NCBI GenBank assembly: GCA_963699755.1
Contig: CAVOVB010000006.1
Span: 64,001 to 128,000, forward strand
Reading direction: 5' to 3'
DNA length: 64,000 nucleotides
Source of the DNA: an uncultured delta proteobacterium
Lineage (GTDB): Bacteria > Myxococcota_A > Polyangia > Polyangiales > Houyiibacteriaceae
Position numbers and translations under genes: made by a program. Of the stretch, positions 55,224 through 64,000 are shown in pieces. The notes below the pieces were generated by a model. That model was not told the origin of the DNA. It searched no databases and was given only the letters and a program-made list of their open reading frames with translations. Position 1 is the first letter of the stretch; the number at the start of each line of letters is the position of its first letter.

Positions 55224-56248
55224 CGCTTGTTCGAGAACTTTGCACCCGGAGGCTCGTCCGACGGCCTATTGAAATGCGCTTCGAGCTCGCGATGCAGGAT
55301 TTCCTGCACGTCTCGCTGCAGGCCAAGCGGTTGTCGAACCAGCCGTTCGATGTTTCGCTGGTAGACGAAGAGGCGCCGCTGCTCTTCGCCGCCTGCGGTG
55401 GTGGCCATTTCGTCTAGAAGCAAAGGGGTTCGTGGGTCGACGCCCTCTGCTACGACCTCCAGGCCGGGCAGGTCGCTCACCATGATCAGGTTCCCCTCGA
55501 GCCGCCTCGTGAGGTCTTCGGGAAGCTCACGAAGGGCGGCCTGTACGATCTTTTCGAAGCGGACATGGGACGGCGACCACGGGGGTGCCGGAAGGAGCCC
55601 GTCGAGATGCCGAGTCTTGAGGAAGGCCAACGCGGCTTCGCCGTTGCGCTCCTGCCGGTCGCGCAGAAGTCCTAGGTAGTAGAGCACGTCGGGGGAAGGG
55701 TCGGGACGAGACGCAGCGCGTTCGATCAAGATCTCGGCCGCCTCGGTCTGGTCGAGCTCGAAGTGGGCCCGCCCGATCAGGAAGTCGAGCTGCGGGTTTT
55801 CGTAAGGCCCTTCGGGAAGCGCCATGAGAAGCTCCGCGGCTGCGCCACGGTCACCCTGCTGCAGCAGCGCGTCGACCTTCAGCACGGAGGCATCGGCGAT
55901 ATCGTCGGCGGTCTGGCAGCTTTCCAGAGCCTGGTCGAGCACCCGAATCGCCTCCGTCAGGCTTCCGAGTGGGTGAATCAGGAGCTCGGCGGCATTGAGC
56001 ATCGCCTCGAGATAGTGCTCGTCCAGCTCAATCGCTTGGTGGTAGTGCTCGAGCGCCATATCGAGATTGCCGTTGGCCGCGTGGATGTAACCGATGAGGT
56101 TGTGTGCATCCGGGGAATCGCCATCGAGCTCGAGAGTCTGCTCAGCCGAGGCCATGGCGCCGTTCAAGTCACCCTGTGTGACGAGCTCCCAGCCGCGGTC
56201 GAGGTGCGCACTGACCCGGTCCATGAATCCTTCGTTTGCCTCAGACAT
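55214..56248 (-). CDS. TPR protein with C-terminal degenerate zincin-like domain
   Basis: Several TPRs, then F...V..AL..LP...DLP...VDP..LL...LFVYQRNIER; no HExxH. Confidence 0.65.
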   Translation of the reverse strand: MSEANEGFMDRVSAHLDRGWELVTQGDLNGAMASAEQTLELDGDSPDAHNLIGYIHAANGNLDMALEHYHQAIELDEHYLEAMLNAAELLIHPLGSLTEAIRVLDQALESCQTADDIADASVLKVDALLQQGDRGAAAELLMALPEGPYENPQLDFLIGRAHFELDQTEAAEILIERAASRPDPSPDVLYYLGLLRDRQERNGEAALAFLKTRHLDGLLPAPPWSPSHVRFEKIVQAALRELPEDLTRRLEGNLIMVSDLPGLEVVAEGVDPRTPLLLDEMATTAGGEEQRRLFVYQRNIERLVRQPLGLQRDVQEILHRELEAHFNRPSDEPPGAKFSNKRHG

Positions 56249-56317
56249 GATCAATTCCAAACGATACGTGGCAGGTTTGGGACGTCAAGCCAAACCGTAC
56301 GCTATCATGCGTCTGAG

Positions 56318-57202
56318 ATGCTGAGGTTTTTCGGGCTTGTCGGAATAATGGCGATCTATTCCTGCGTGACCGAGCCCCTGCCCCCAGGCCAGACGATCTC
56401 GGTTGGCACAGCCGACCAGGGCTACCTCCACGATGGGGTTCGCCTGCCTGACGTCGGAGTGGGCTACCGGCGGCTGCGCCCCCGTGAGGGAACGCGCTTC
56501 GGGACAGCCACCCTGGTCGGCGCGATCGAGCGCGCGGCGCGTGAAGTAGCCAACGCTTTTCCATCAGGATATCCGTTGCGGGTCGGTGATCTGTCGAGCG
56601 CGCACGGTGGCTCACATGGGAGGCATCGCACCCATCGTGCCGGCCGGGACGCCGACCTTCTGTTTTTCGTGCGAGATGTTGGCGGCCTGGCCATGCTTGG
56701 CAGTGGCTGGCTGCGCTTCGATCGCTTTGGGCTCGCGGTCGTCCGAGAGCGACTGTTCCGCTTCGACGACGCGCGAAACTGGCACTTGGTTCGCAGTCTC
56801 GTCATGGACGACGAAGCCAGGGTGAAATGGCTCTTCTGCTCGAACGAGCTGAAGACCCGGCTTCTGCGCTATGCCGCGCGCTATGAGCGCTCGCCGGAGG
56901 CAGTCGTTCGAGCCACCTGGATTCTTCATCAGCCGTCTCGCGCCGATCCGCACGATGACCACTTTCATCTGCGCGTGGGCTGCGGGGTAACGGAGCAAAG
57001 TCTCGGTTGTCGAGAAGAACCGCCTCATTGGCCTTGGCTGAGCGACCCTGCGCGCAAACAGGAGAGCAGTGCCAGCGCAGCCGCTACAGATGCGCACATC
57101 CTCCGCTGGCTACTCGCCGAGGAGCATTTGGATCAGCGCAGCAACATCGCCGGGCGTGGCCTCAACACCGCAGCGAAACCATCCCCGATCGTTGGTCGCT
57201 AG
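56318..57202 (+). CDS. Penicillin-insensitive murein endopeptidase (MepA-like), probable lipoprotein
   Basis: IYSC lipobox; SVG...G.L..G..LP, VGDLS..GG...HRTHRAGRDADL, HDDHFH. Confidence 0.85.
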   Translation: MLRFFGLVGIMAIYSCVTEPLPPGQTISVGTADQGYLHDGVRLPDVGVGYRRLRPREGTRFGTATLVGAIERAAREVANAFPSGYPLRVGDLSSAHGGSHGRHRTHRAGRDADLLFFVRDVGGLAMLGSGWLRFDRFGLAVVRERLFRFDDARNWHLVRSLVMDDEARVKWLFCSNELKTRLLRYAARYERSPEAVVRATWILHQPSRADPHDDHFHLRVGCGVTEQSLGCREEPPHWPWLSDPARKQESSASAAATDAHILRWLLAEEHLDQRSNIAGRGLNTAAKPSPIVGR

Positions 57203-57925
57203 GTCAGTCAGATCCTGATGCGCTTGGGTGGCGCCCCAGACCAAGACCGCCGAGGTTTTGGGCAGCTCGTGCGCCAAGGTCGCAATCGTCGACGGTTGTA
57301 CCGAAGCCTTCACGCAATCGATGACGACCAGCGGACTCAGCGATGCGGTGGCTTTCACGTTGTCGAGAAACGCGACGACGTCCTCGATTTGCTGAACGGC
57401 CGCCGCAGAGCCCACCCTCCTGGCGATTTCCTCACATCGCTGTCGGTCGCTCGTGGCGACGAAGACCATCGGTGCCGCCGAGCCCAGGGGCTGCATCGTC
57501 GGGTACTTCGAGGTGCTGGCTTCCAACACAGGATCGCTGCGCTTCCTCGTGAGCTGCGAGGTCGCCCGTTCGCGGCCGAGCTTGTGCGTTGGTTCGTCTC
57601 GGTCCGCTCGCTGCGGCGGCTGCGAGCTAATCCTTTCTGCGAACGTCAGCATGGGTGCGAGGTTCTGCATGACCGCGTCCGTGGCAACGTTACCCAGATA
57701 GAATACCATCGAGGCTCGGAGGTGTTTGTCGACGAAGCGGTGAAGGGACTCGCCGGCCGTCGGAACTTCGTGCTCGCGCGCCATGTGCAGGGCGCGATGG
57801 AGGATCTGAATCCGAACCTCGGGCGTCGCCACGCTTTCGATCGCTTCGCGGACCATACGGGCAATCGGGCTCTCGGGCTCCGGTTGATCGTCGTCTCCGG
57901 ACGCAGAGTGTATGCGGGCTACCAC
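57110..57925 (-). CDS. Hypothetical protein with C-terminal receiver-like alpha/beta domain
   Basis: Helical N-domain, linker, then VFVATSD...LVVID...VLVWG strand pattern; TATTAT -10 box 6 nt upstream. Confidence 0.6.
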   Translation of the reverse strand: MVARIHSASGDDDQPEPESPIARMVREAIESVATPEVRIQILHRALHMAREHEVPTAGESLHRFVDKHLRASMVFYLGNVATDAVMQNLAPMLTFAERISSQPPQRADRDEPTHKLGRERATSQLTRKRSDPVLEASTSKYPTMQPLGSAAPMVFVATSDRQRCEEIARRVGSAAAVQQIEDVVAFLDNVKATASLSPLVVIDCVKASVQPSTIATLAHELPKTSAVLVWGATQAHQDLTDLATNDRGWFRCGVEATPGDVAALIQMLLGE

Positions 57926-58010
57926 AGCATCATAATATTACCGTGATTTGGGCAAGAGGCCAAGCCTCTCCGAGTGGTGCTGTCTACGTTGTCCATGGTA
58001 CATCACGAAG

Positions 58011-58934
58011 ATGCTCGTGATGGGGGTCGACGAGAACGGGCTGGGGCCCCGACTGGGGCCTCTGGTGGCGACCTCCGTGGTTCTCGACGTACCCCGCTAC
58101 AAGCGCGCGGACTTGCGCGACCGAGGGCTTAGCCTCGGACTGACCGACAGCAAGGAGACCGGCGGATTCGGACGGATGGCGTTCGCCGAATCGGTGGCCC
58201 TGGCGTTGGCCGAACGTCATTTGGCAGGGCTTCCGAGCTCGGTGGATGATTTTCTCGATCGCGTCGCACCCCAGTCCCGTCAGCGGCTTCGCGCCTGTTG
58301 TCCTGACGATCGCAGCGCGTCGCAGTGCTGGGGGGTCGACCCCACGCTGCCCGTGTTCGGTGGCGACGCGGCTTACGGCAAGGCCCTGCTCGGCGAACTG
58401 GTCGGCCGATCGGAGCTTCGGATCGTCGATGCCCAAAGCCGAATCGCTTGCGCCGGCGTGCTCAATGAACAGCGCTCCCTGGGTACGAACAAGCTGGCCG
58501 TCGATCTCGAGCTCTTCGAGGACCTGATCGCTTCGGCACACGCCCGTCACGGCCGCGCTCTGCTCGTCGTCTGCGGGATGATCGGCGGCATTCGCGACTA
58601 CGCGACGCGCTTCTCCCAATTCGATCCGCACGGGGTCGAGGCGCTGCGGAGCCGTCGGGGCCAGCGGAGATATGGGGTCGAGGGCCTCGGTGAGCTTCGG
58701 TTCGAGGTCGACGCGGACGCGCAGCACCTGCCGGTCGCGCTAGCCTCCATCCTTGGCAAATACGTCCGGGAGGTCAGCATGCATCGCATCGGGGAATTCT
58801 ACCGGCGGGACCTGCCGGGGCTAAAGCTCGCGAGCGGATACCACGATCGGGTCACCAGCCGCTTCATCGAAGCGACCGAGCAACCACGCCGCAGGCTCGG
58901 CATTGCGCCCGATTGCTTTCGGCGGCAGGCCTGA
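58011..58934 (+). CDS. Divergent RNase HII-like protein
   Basis: GVDENGLGPRLGPLV, TDSK, DADAQHLPVALASILGKYVR, SGY. Confidence 0.75.
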   Translation: MLVMGVDENGLGPRLGPLVATSVVLDVPRYKRADLRDRGLSLGLTDSKETGGFGRMAFAESVALALAERHLAGLPSSVDDFLDRVAPQSRQRLRACCPDDRSASQCWGVDPTLPVFGGDAAYGKALLGELVGRSELRIVDAQSRIACAGVLNEQRSLGTNKLAVDLELFEDLIASAHARHGRALLVVCGMIGGIRDYATRFSQFDPHGVEALRSRRGQRRYGVEGLGELRFEVDADAQHLPVALASILGKYVREVSMHRIGEFYRRDLPGLKLASGYHDRVTSRFIEATEQPRRRLGIAPDCFRRQA

Positions 58935-58955
58935 CGGCCGTGCTAGAAGGCCGGT

Positions 58956-60086
58956 ATGTCTGAGCGCGACATGGTTCCGCGTTGGGTTCTCTGGCTGGGT
59001 GTTTCGCTCGCCTTTGGATGGCTGCTCTTCACCTTGCGCGGCGTCCTGGCTCCCGTCTTCTTCGCCTTCCTCATCGCCTACATGCTCGATCCCTTGGTCG
59101 ATCGCGTCGAGGGAAGCAGGTTGCTTCGCGGTAGGCCAATCGGTCGCGCCGTTGGCATCGCGGTGCTTCTCCTCTGCGTATTCGTGATCACTGCGTTTGC
59201 GCTCCTGGTCATCCTTCCGATGGTCTATGCCGAGATCGCGGGCTTCGTGAAGCGATTGCCAGGCCTGGTCGAGCGCAGTCGGGCGGAGTGGGAGCCGACC
59301 CTCCTCGAATACGGACTGCAAGTCCCCAACTCCGTTGGCGATGCGTTCGAGGAGCTGCACCTGGACCTCCAGTCGGTCCTGACCAAGGGCTACACGCCCG
59401 CTACGGCCGTTGTGAAATGGCTCTTGGGCGAGACGGCTTCGGCGGTTGCGGCACTCGTCGCCGCACTGATGATCCCAGTGTTTGCGTTCTACCTCCTGTA
59501 CGACTTCGACACCCTAGTGGCCCGTGCTGCTGAGTTGATCCCTCCACGCTATCGGCCGGAAGCGCACGGTTTCTTCCACGAGGTCGACGCGGTGCTCGGA
59601 CAGTTCTTCAGAGGCCAGTTCACCGTCATGGTGATCTTGGCGATTTTGTACTCGGTCGGCTACGGCTCGATCGGTGTGCCCCTTGCGCTTCCGATCGGGA
59701 TCATGGCGGGCTTCCTCTCGTTCATCCCCTATGTCGGCAGCACTCTTGGGCTCGCTACAGCCCTGCTGATGACCGCGCTCGACTGGCAGGGGTGGACACA
59801 GGTTCTCTGGGTGCTCGGCGTCCACGCTGTGATTCAGGGCCTCGAAGGATTCGTGATCACACCGAAGATCATGGGCGACACCGTCGGGATCTCCGCGATT
59901 GCCGTCTTGTTTGCTTTGCTGGTCGGTGCCGAGCTTCTGGGATTCACAGGGGTGCTGCTCGCGGTGCCCGCGGCAGCGGTCATCAAGATCTTGATCGAGC
60001 GAATCCACGAACGCTACCGAAATTCCGAGTTGTTCATGGGGCCCAATACCGAGTCGAGCAGCGCTAGGGAGCAGTCGAAAGACTAG
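58956..60086 (+). CDS. AI-2E family transporter
   Basis: AYMLDPLV, FYLLYD, FFRGQ, FIPYVG, ITPKIMG, G.LLAVP. Confidence 0.92.
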   Translation: MSERDMVPRWVLWLGVSLAFGWLLFTLRGVLAPVFFAFLIAYMLDPLVDRVEGSRLLRGRPIGRAVGIAVLLLCVFVITAFALLVILPMVYAEIAGFVKRLPGLVERSRAEWEPTLLEYGLQVPNSVGDAFEELHLDLQSVLTKGYTPATAVVKWLLGETASAVAALVAALMIPVFAFYLLYDFDTLVARAAELIPPRYRPEAHGFFHEVDAVLGQFFRGQFTVMVILAILYSVGYGSIGVPLALPIGIMAGFLSFIPYVGSTLGLATALLMTALDWQGWTQVLWVLGVHAVIQGLEGFVITPKIMGDTVGISAIAVLFALLVGAELLGFTGVLLAVPAAAVIKILIERIHERYRNSELFMGPNTESSSAREQSKD

Positions 60087-60999
60087 ATACGTCCAAGGTC
60101 AGCTCGATCCGGCGTCCATCAGCCTTTACGCGCCCCGATTGCAGCACATCCCTCCACGGACGTTCGATGGATCGGGGGGGCGACGCGAGCCAAGCACGGA
60201 TGCGCTCTGGGTCTCGACTAGCGAGCTGCGCATCGCTGACCTCGATGTACATCTTCACCGTTTGGGTGCTTCCGGACGCGACCGACAAGCCTAGCGCGTC
60301 CAGGCCTTGCATGGCGAAGGGTCCGTCGAACCGTTCGGACAGACCTTCGAGCGCGGACATCCAATGAGCCGGCAGCTCCAGGACCGCCGCGATGCTGCTT
60401 CCATCGTTCACCGAGCGCCAAAGCATCGCCATGCGATCCCGCTCGACGAGAGCGGGTGCGGCACCACGCCTGACCGACATGGCCTCTGCCACTGTTCGGA
60501 CTGAGCCGGTCGCGATCGTGTGCTCGTCGAGCACGGCGACCGCGCTGCCCTGGTCGCGGCTTGCAAGCAAGGGCCCACCTGGACCGTCCAGGCGAACGAC
60601 CGAGCCACCGCGTCCCTCGACCAGCGCACGATGGCACGCCGCAAGCGTTTCGGCACTGACGGAGCTACCTCGCAGCATCAGGCCAATCGATTGAAAGGGT
60701 TGTGCGTCCGGCCCACGCACCCAGACGATCACCTCACTCAATACCTGGAGCGGATCTAACCCGCAGAGCAATTCGATTTCGCGCAGCGGCTCGTCAGTAA
60801 CAAAGGCGGCGAGAAGTGTCTTGGCCGCAGCCGTGCGCTGCAGCGCAGCCGTGTCGATTCTCACCACGGCTCGCGCGTCGCTCGGTAGCTCATGGAGCAG
60901 CCGTTCTGCCCGGAGCGTCCCGGCGTGTTGCATCGCTGCAAAGAGCAAGGCGCCCATGCAGATCGTGACCAGGGCACCCACCTTGAGCGAGCGAGACAT
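60064..60999 (-). CDS. Hypothetical secreted/membrane-anchored protein
   Basis: N-terminal hydrophobic helix, LP..A..V.RID, CGLDPL; TACCCT box 6 nt upstream of ATG 60999. Confidence 0.65.
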   Translation of the reverse strand: MSRSLKVGALVTICMGALLFAAMQHAGTLRAERLLHELPSDARAVVRIDTAALQRTAAAKTLLAAFVTDEPLREIELLCGLDPLQVLSEVIVWVRGPDAQPFQSIGLMLRGSSVSAETLAACHRALVEGRGGSVVRLDGPGGPLLASRDQGSAVAVLDEHTIATGSVRTVAEAMSVRRGAAPALVERDRMAMLWRSVNDGSSIAAVLELPAHWMSALEGLSERFDGPFAMQGLDALGLSVASGSTQTVKMYIEVSDAQLASRDPERIRAWLASPPRSIERPWRDVLQSGRVKADGRRIELTLDVSSLSTAP

Positions 61000-61055
61000 C
61001 GGTCGAGGGTAGGAAGTTCTTTTCACGGAGCAAGCCCTCGTGCTAACGCGTGCTC

Positions 61056-61766
61056 ATGCCATGGCGCCGAATGCGGTTGCGCAATGCCGAGGTTCTCGCG
61101 CGCTGCGATGCGAGTGGGGAGCTCGTCGCGAACGAAGGTAAGGTCGAGGTTCGGTACAAGCCAAACGACGGGCGGGCCTATTTTGCCAGCACCTCGAACT
61201 TGCAACCGAGCGGCGGCGCCCTGAAGATCGAACCCGACGCGTTTTGCGGCCCTGGTCAATCGGTTCAGAAGCGATCCACCGCCTCCAAGAACTTGCCCGG
61301 CGCAGCATCGTCAGAAGCCTCTCTGCCGCCCGAGAAGCCGGAAGGCGACGAGGTTCTCGTCTACGCGGACGGCGCTTGCAGTGGGAACCCGGGCCCCGCG
61401 GGCGTCGGCGCGGTCGCGCTATGGGCGGATCAGAAGCGCGAGCTGAGCGAGTACATCGGCGAGGCCACCAACAACATCGCCGAGCTGACCGGGATTCTTC
61501 GTGCCACAGAGCTCGCGCAAGCGCTCGGTAGGCCACTGAGGCTCTATACCGATTCGAAGTACTCCATCGGCGTGCTGACTCAGGGTTGGAAAGTACGGGC
61601 CAACAAGGAGCTGGTCGCGAAGGTTCGCGAGGCGCTCGATGCGCACCCAGACGCAAAGCTCTTTCATGTTCCCGGCCACCAGGGGGTTCGCCTGAACGAG
61701 GAGGCCGACCTTCTCGCGGTCCGTGCTGTGCAGAACAGAGTGTCTACGGGCTGGGTTTCGCCTTGA
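61056..61766 (+). CDS. rnhA: Ribonuclease HI with N-terminal extra domain
   Basis: YADGACSGNPGPAG, TNNIAEL, YTDSKY, VPGH, NEEADLLA. Confidence 0.9.
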   Translation: MPWRRMRLRNAEVLARCDASGELVANEGKVEVRYKPNDGRAYFASTSNLQPSGGALKIEPDAFCGPGQSVQKRSTASKNLPGAASSEASLPPEKPEGDEVLVYADGACSGNPGPAGVGAVALWADQKRELSEYIGEATNNIAELTGILRATELAQALGRPLRLYTDSKYSIGVLTQGWKVRANKELVAKVREALDAHPDAKLFHVPGHQGVRLNEEADLLAVRAVQNRVSTGWVSP

Positions 61767-62679
61767 AGCGCTGCGCGGCTTCTTCGAGAGTCACGAGCTC
61801 GTAGCCGGCCTCGCGAATCACTCGAACCGCCGTCCGAATCGTGCGGAGCTTCTCCCTCGCGGTCCGCTTCAAGTCCGCGCGATGCGGTGCCAGCATCTCG
61901 AGCCCATCTTCGACCGCATCGGCCACGTCGAACCCATGGAGCTCGAGGTTGATGTACTCCCTTCGAAGCATTTGTTGGCTCAGCTGCTTGGCGATCCGAT
62001 CGCCGCCCAGGACCAGCGAGGTACCGATGTACGGAAGCTGCAGAGGGGTGACGCCGATAGGCAGCTCGAGGAGGCCACTGCCCTTGCGCCAGTACGGCTG
62101 ACCGACGCGGTACGGCTCCCTTGGGGCGCGGAGCACTGCGGGTTGATCCAAGATACTGGCGCTCTGCCTGCCTCGCAGCTTGATTGCTGCGAGCGCGGCG
62201 GCCTTGGCAGCGTAATAGGTCGGACACGGAAAGACGCTCGAATCATATTCGACTTCTGAGGCCTCGAGCGCGTTGAAGAGCGGGTCGCTGACTGTGTAGC
62301 CAGGTGCGCGAAAACCGACGGGTCGTTTGCCGCAGCTTCGCTCGATCATCGCTGCGCCTCGTTCGACCTCCTCTCCGATCTCTCTCGGCGCTCGATGCGT
62401 GAGGTCATAGTGGTGGTGATAGGAGTGATTTGCGATCTCGTGGCCCCCCGTATGAAGCTCCGCGATCGTTTCCCGGTTCTCGTCGTCTTCGAGGTCCTCT
62501 CCGATGGCGAAGAAGGTGGCAGGAATCGATTCGTCATCCAGCCAGGCTCTGAGTCGCGGCACGCACTTCCCATAGACCGCACGGGCACCCGATCCTTGCG
62601 GAACCTCCAGGCCGTGGATCGACGCGTAGCGGGGCACCTCGTCCAGGTCGATCGAAATCGAAGCCAGTTTCAGCCTCAC
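61744..62679 (-). CDS. Polysaccharide deacetylase family protein
   Basis: SIDLDE, ATFF, HEIANHSYHH, GFRAPGY, YDSS. Confidence 0.88.
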   Translation of the reverse strand: MRLKLASISIDLDEVPRYASIHGLEVPQGSGARAVYGKCVPRLRAWLDDESIPATFFAIGEDLEDDENRETIAELHTGGHEIANHSYHHHYDLTHRAPREIGEEVERGAAMIERSCGKRPVGFRAPGYTVSDPLFNALEASEVEYDSSVFPCPTYYAAKAAALAAIKLRGRQSASILDQPAVLRAPREPYRVGQPYWRKGSGLLELPIGVTPLQLPYIGTSLVLGGDRIAKQLSQQMLRREYINLELHGFDVADAVEDGLEMLAPHRADLKRTAREKLRTIRTAVRVIREAGYELVTLEEAAQRFKAKPSP

Positions 62680-63422
62680 CGCTTGATCCGGATTGCGATG
62701 ACGAGCCTAGTCAAGTCCTTCAAAACCTTGGGTACTCTTCTTGCGAGCCCGATCGTCGGCGGCCGTTTCTCGAGAACTCGCACCGGAATCTCGCGGAGGC
62801 CAAGCCCAGCGCGCTCTGCGCGAATGACCAGCTCGGAGGGGAAGAGATCGCGCTCGATCTGGCATGCGGTCGCGATCGGCCTAACCGCCGCCGTTCGAAA
62901 GGCTTTGAGGCCGTGGGTATCCGTGCCTTTGAAGCCCAGGGTCAGTTTGAGCATGCCGTTGATCACCACGGTGCCTAGGCGCCGGTGGAAGGGACGTCGG
63001 TCCACGGCGCCCGGCATCGCCTTCGAGCCGACGACGAACTCCACCGAAGGGTCTCCAAGAAGGGCTAGAGCACGTTCATAAAAATCGGTGTCGCAAAGGT
63101 CGATTTCGTCGCAGATCACGATCTCACCTTTGGCGTGAAGAATTCCGTCGCGCAGTGCGGCGCCATAGTTGGGCTCGTCGGTATGGCGACACACGATCCC
63201 TTCGAGACGCTCCGCGAGCTTCGTCGCTACCTGGACCGTGCGGTCTGTCGACCCGTTCTCCGCGAGCACAATCTCGTATGGCCAGGGTAGGGTGCTCAGT
63301 CGTTCAACGAGATCGAGTACGGCCACGCGCAGAATCGCTTCCTCGTTGTGGATGGGAATCACGATCGAAATCGCCGGTGCGGTATGGGGTTCGGCCAAGG
63401 CGCGGCACTCTCTTACGCTCAT
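62676..63422 (-). CDS. Glycosyltransferase family 2
   Basis: SIVIPIHNEE, ENGSTDRT, NYGAALRDG, DTHGLKAF. Confidence 0.88.
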   Translation of the reverse strand: MSVRECRALAEPHTAPAISIVIPIHNEEAILRVAVLDLVERLSTLPWPYEIVLAENGSTDRTVQVATKLAERLEGIVCRHTDEPNYGAALRDGILHAKGEIVICDEIDLCDTDFYERALALLGDPSVEFVVGSKAMPGAVDRRPFHRRLGTVVINGMLKLTLGFKGTDTHGLKAFRTAAVRPIATACQIERDLFPSELVIRAERAGLGLREIPVRVLEKRPPTIGLARRVPKVLKDLTRLVIAIRIKR

Positions 63423-63431
63423 ACGAGGGCG

Positions 63432-64000
63432 TCAAGCCAAGTTGCAGAGCACAGCATGGGCCGCATCGAGCACGACGCGAAGGGAGCCGAGACAGGCGGG
63501 TAGCGCTGCGGTTTGACCCCGTGAGAGCTCCAATAGCGTGTCGCTATGCTGCAGTGTGACCCGCCCGCCGAGCACCGTGAGAGAGCGCAATCGATCGGCT
63601 GCGCGGAGCTCGAGCTCCCCGGAACCAGCCAAGCGTTGGAGGACGAACGCCTCGGAACGAAGTGGCCCGTTGCGGCTCACGAGGACTTCGAGGCTCGCCG
63701 GCCCATCGACGGGCGCCGGTCCGGCTCGATAACCGCATCGTTCGAGGAGGGCAACGCCCTGCGGCCCCTGCCAATTCGTCACCTCGAGAGCCCGCTCGCG
63801 GTGAAGCGCGCGTGCTTCGCCTTCGGGGTCGAGCTGCCCAGCGGCATCGTACCTGCGGTTCCAGTCCCAGTAGCGGTAAGTGACTCCTCGCTTTCCGGGC
63901 GCAACGCGCTGAGGCTCGAGAAGCAGAACACCTTTGCCGATTGCATGTGGTGTACCGGGTCCGATCAGAAATAGATCTCCGGGCGAGACCGGCACGAAGG
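63432..64000 (-). CDS. Class I mannose-6-phosphate isomerase-like cupin protein (partial; start lies beyond window end)
   Basis: PGD...I.PGTPHAIGKG.LLLEPQ...TYRYWDWNR...RALH. Confidence 0.8.
   Translation of the reverse strand, partial: FVPVSPGDLFLIGPGTPHAIGKGVLLLEPQRVAPGKRGVTYRYWDWNRRYDAAGQLDPEGEARALHRERALEVTNWQGPQGVALLERCGYRAGPAPVDGPASLEVLVSRNGPLRSEAFVLQRLAGSGELELRAADRLRSLTVLGGRVTLQHSDTLLELSRGQTAALPACLGSLRVVLDAAHAVLCNLA

Overview
A 64-kb, high-GC, densely coding bacterial chromosome segment, most likely from a Myxococcota (Polyangiales-like) organism. That placement rests on a RomX-like protein, a Cys-rich Kazal lipoprotein with a sigma-54 promoter, a zinc-ribbon Ser/Thr kinase and a stand-alone F0 ATP synthase cluster. 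Most content is housekeeping: moxR-DUF58-bat operon, hemL, atpZ/I/B/E, ccmE, a DUF1998 helicase + RNase_H_2 pair (MrfAB-like), dusB, an acyl-CoA carboxylase cluster, cstA, dapA/dapB, pyrD, tyrA, queA/tgt, purH/purD/purF, tsaC, two RluA-family synthases, a B12-dependent acyl-CoA mutase large subunit, RNase HI, an RNase HII-like gene and surface-polysaccharide genes. I found no tRNA, rRNA, CRISPR array, prophage or transposase. The main observations: (i) many genes have a -10 box 6-8 nt before the start codon and no Shine-Dalgarno, suggesting pervasive leaderless mRNAs; (ii) an unexplained 119-nt rod-like hairpin between moxR and hemL; (iii) a zinc-ribbon membrane protein with a duplicated TxLGxQP motif coupled to a zinc-ribbon kinase; (iv) an RPH/PEP-synthase-architecture enzyme overlapping a divergent RluA gene; (v) several enzymes with altered catalytic or specificity residues; (vi) a lipoprotein gene frameshifted near a T6 run. 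All family assignments come from motif recognition by eye; no database searches were run.
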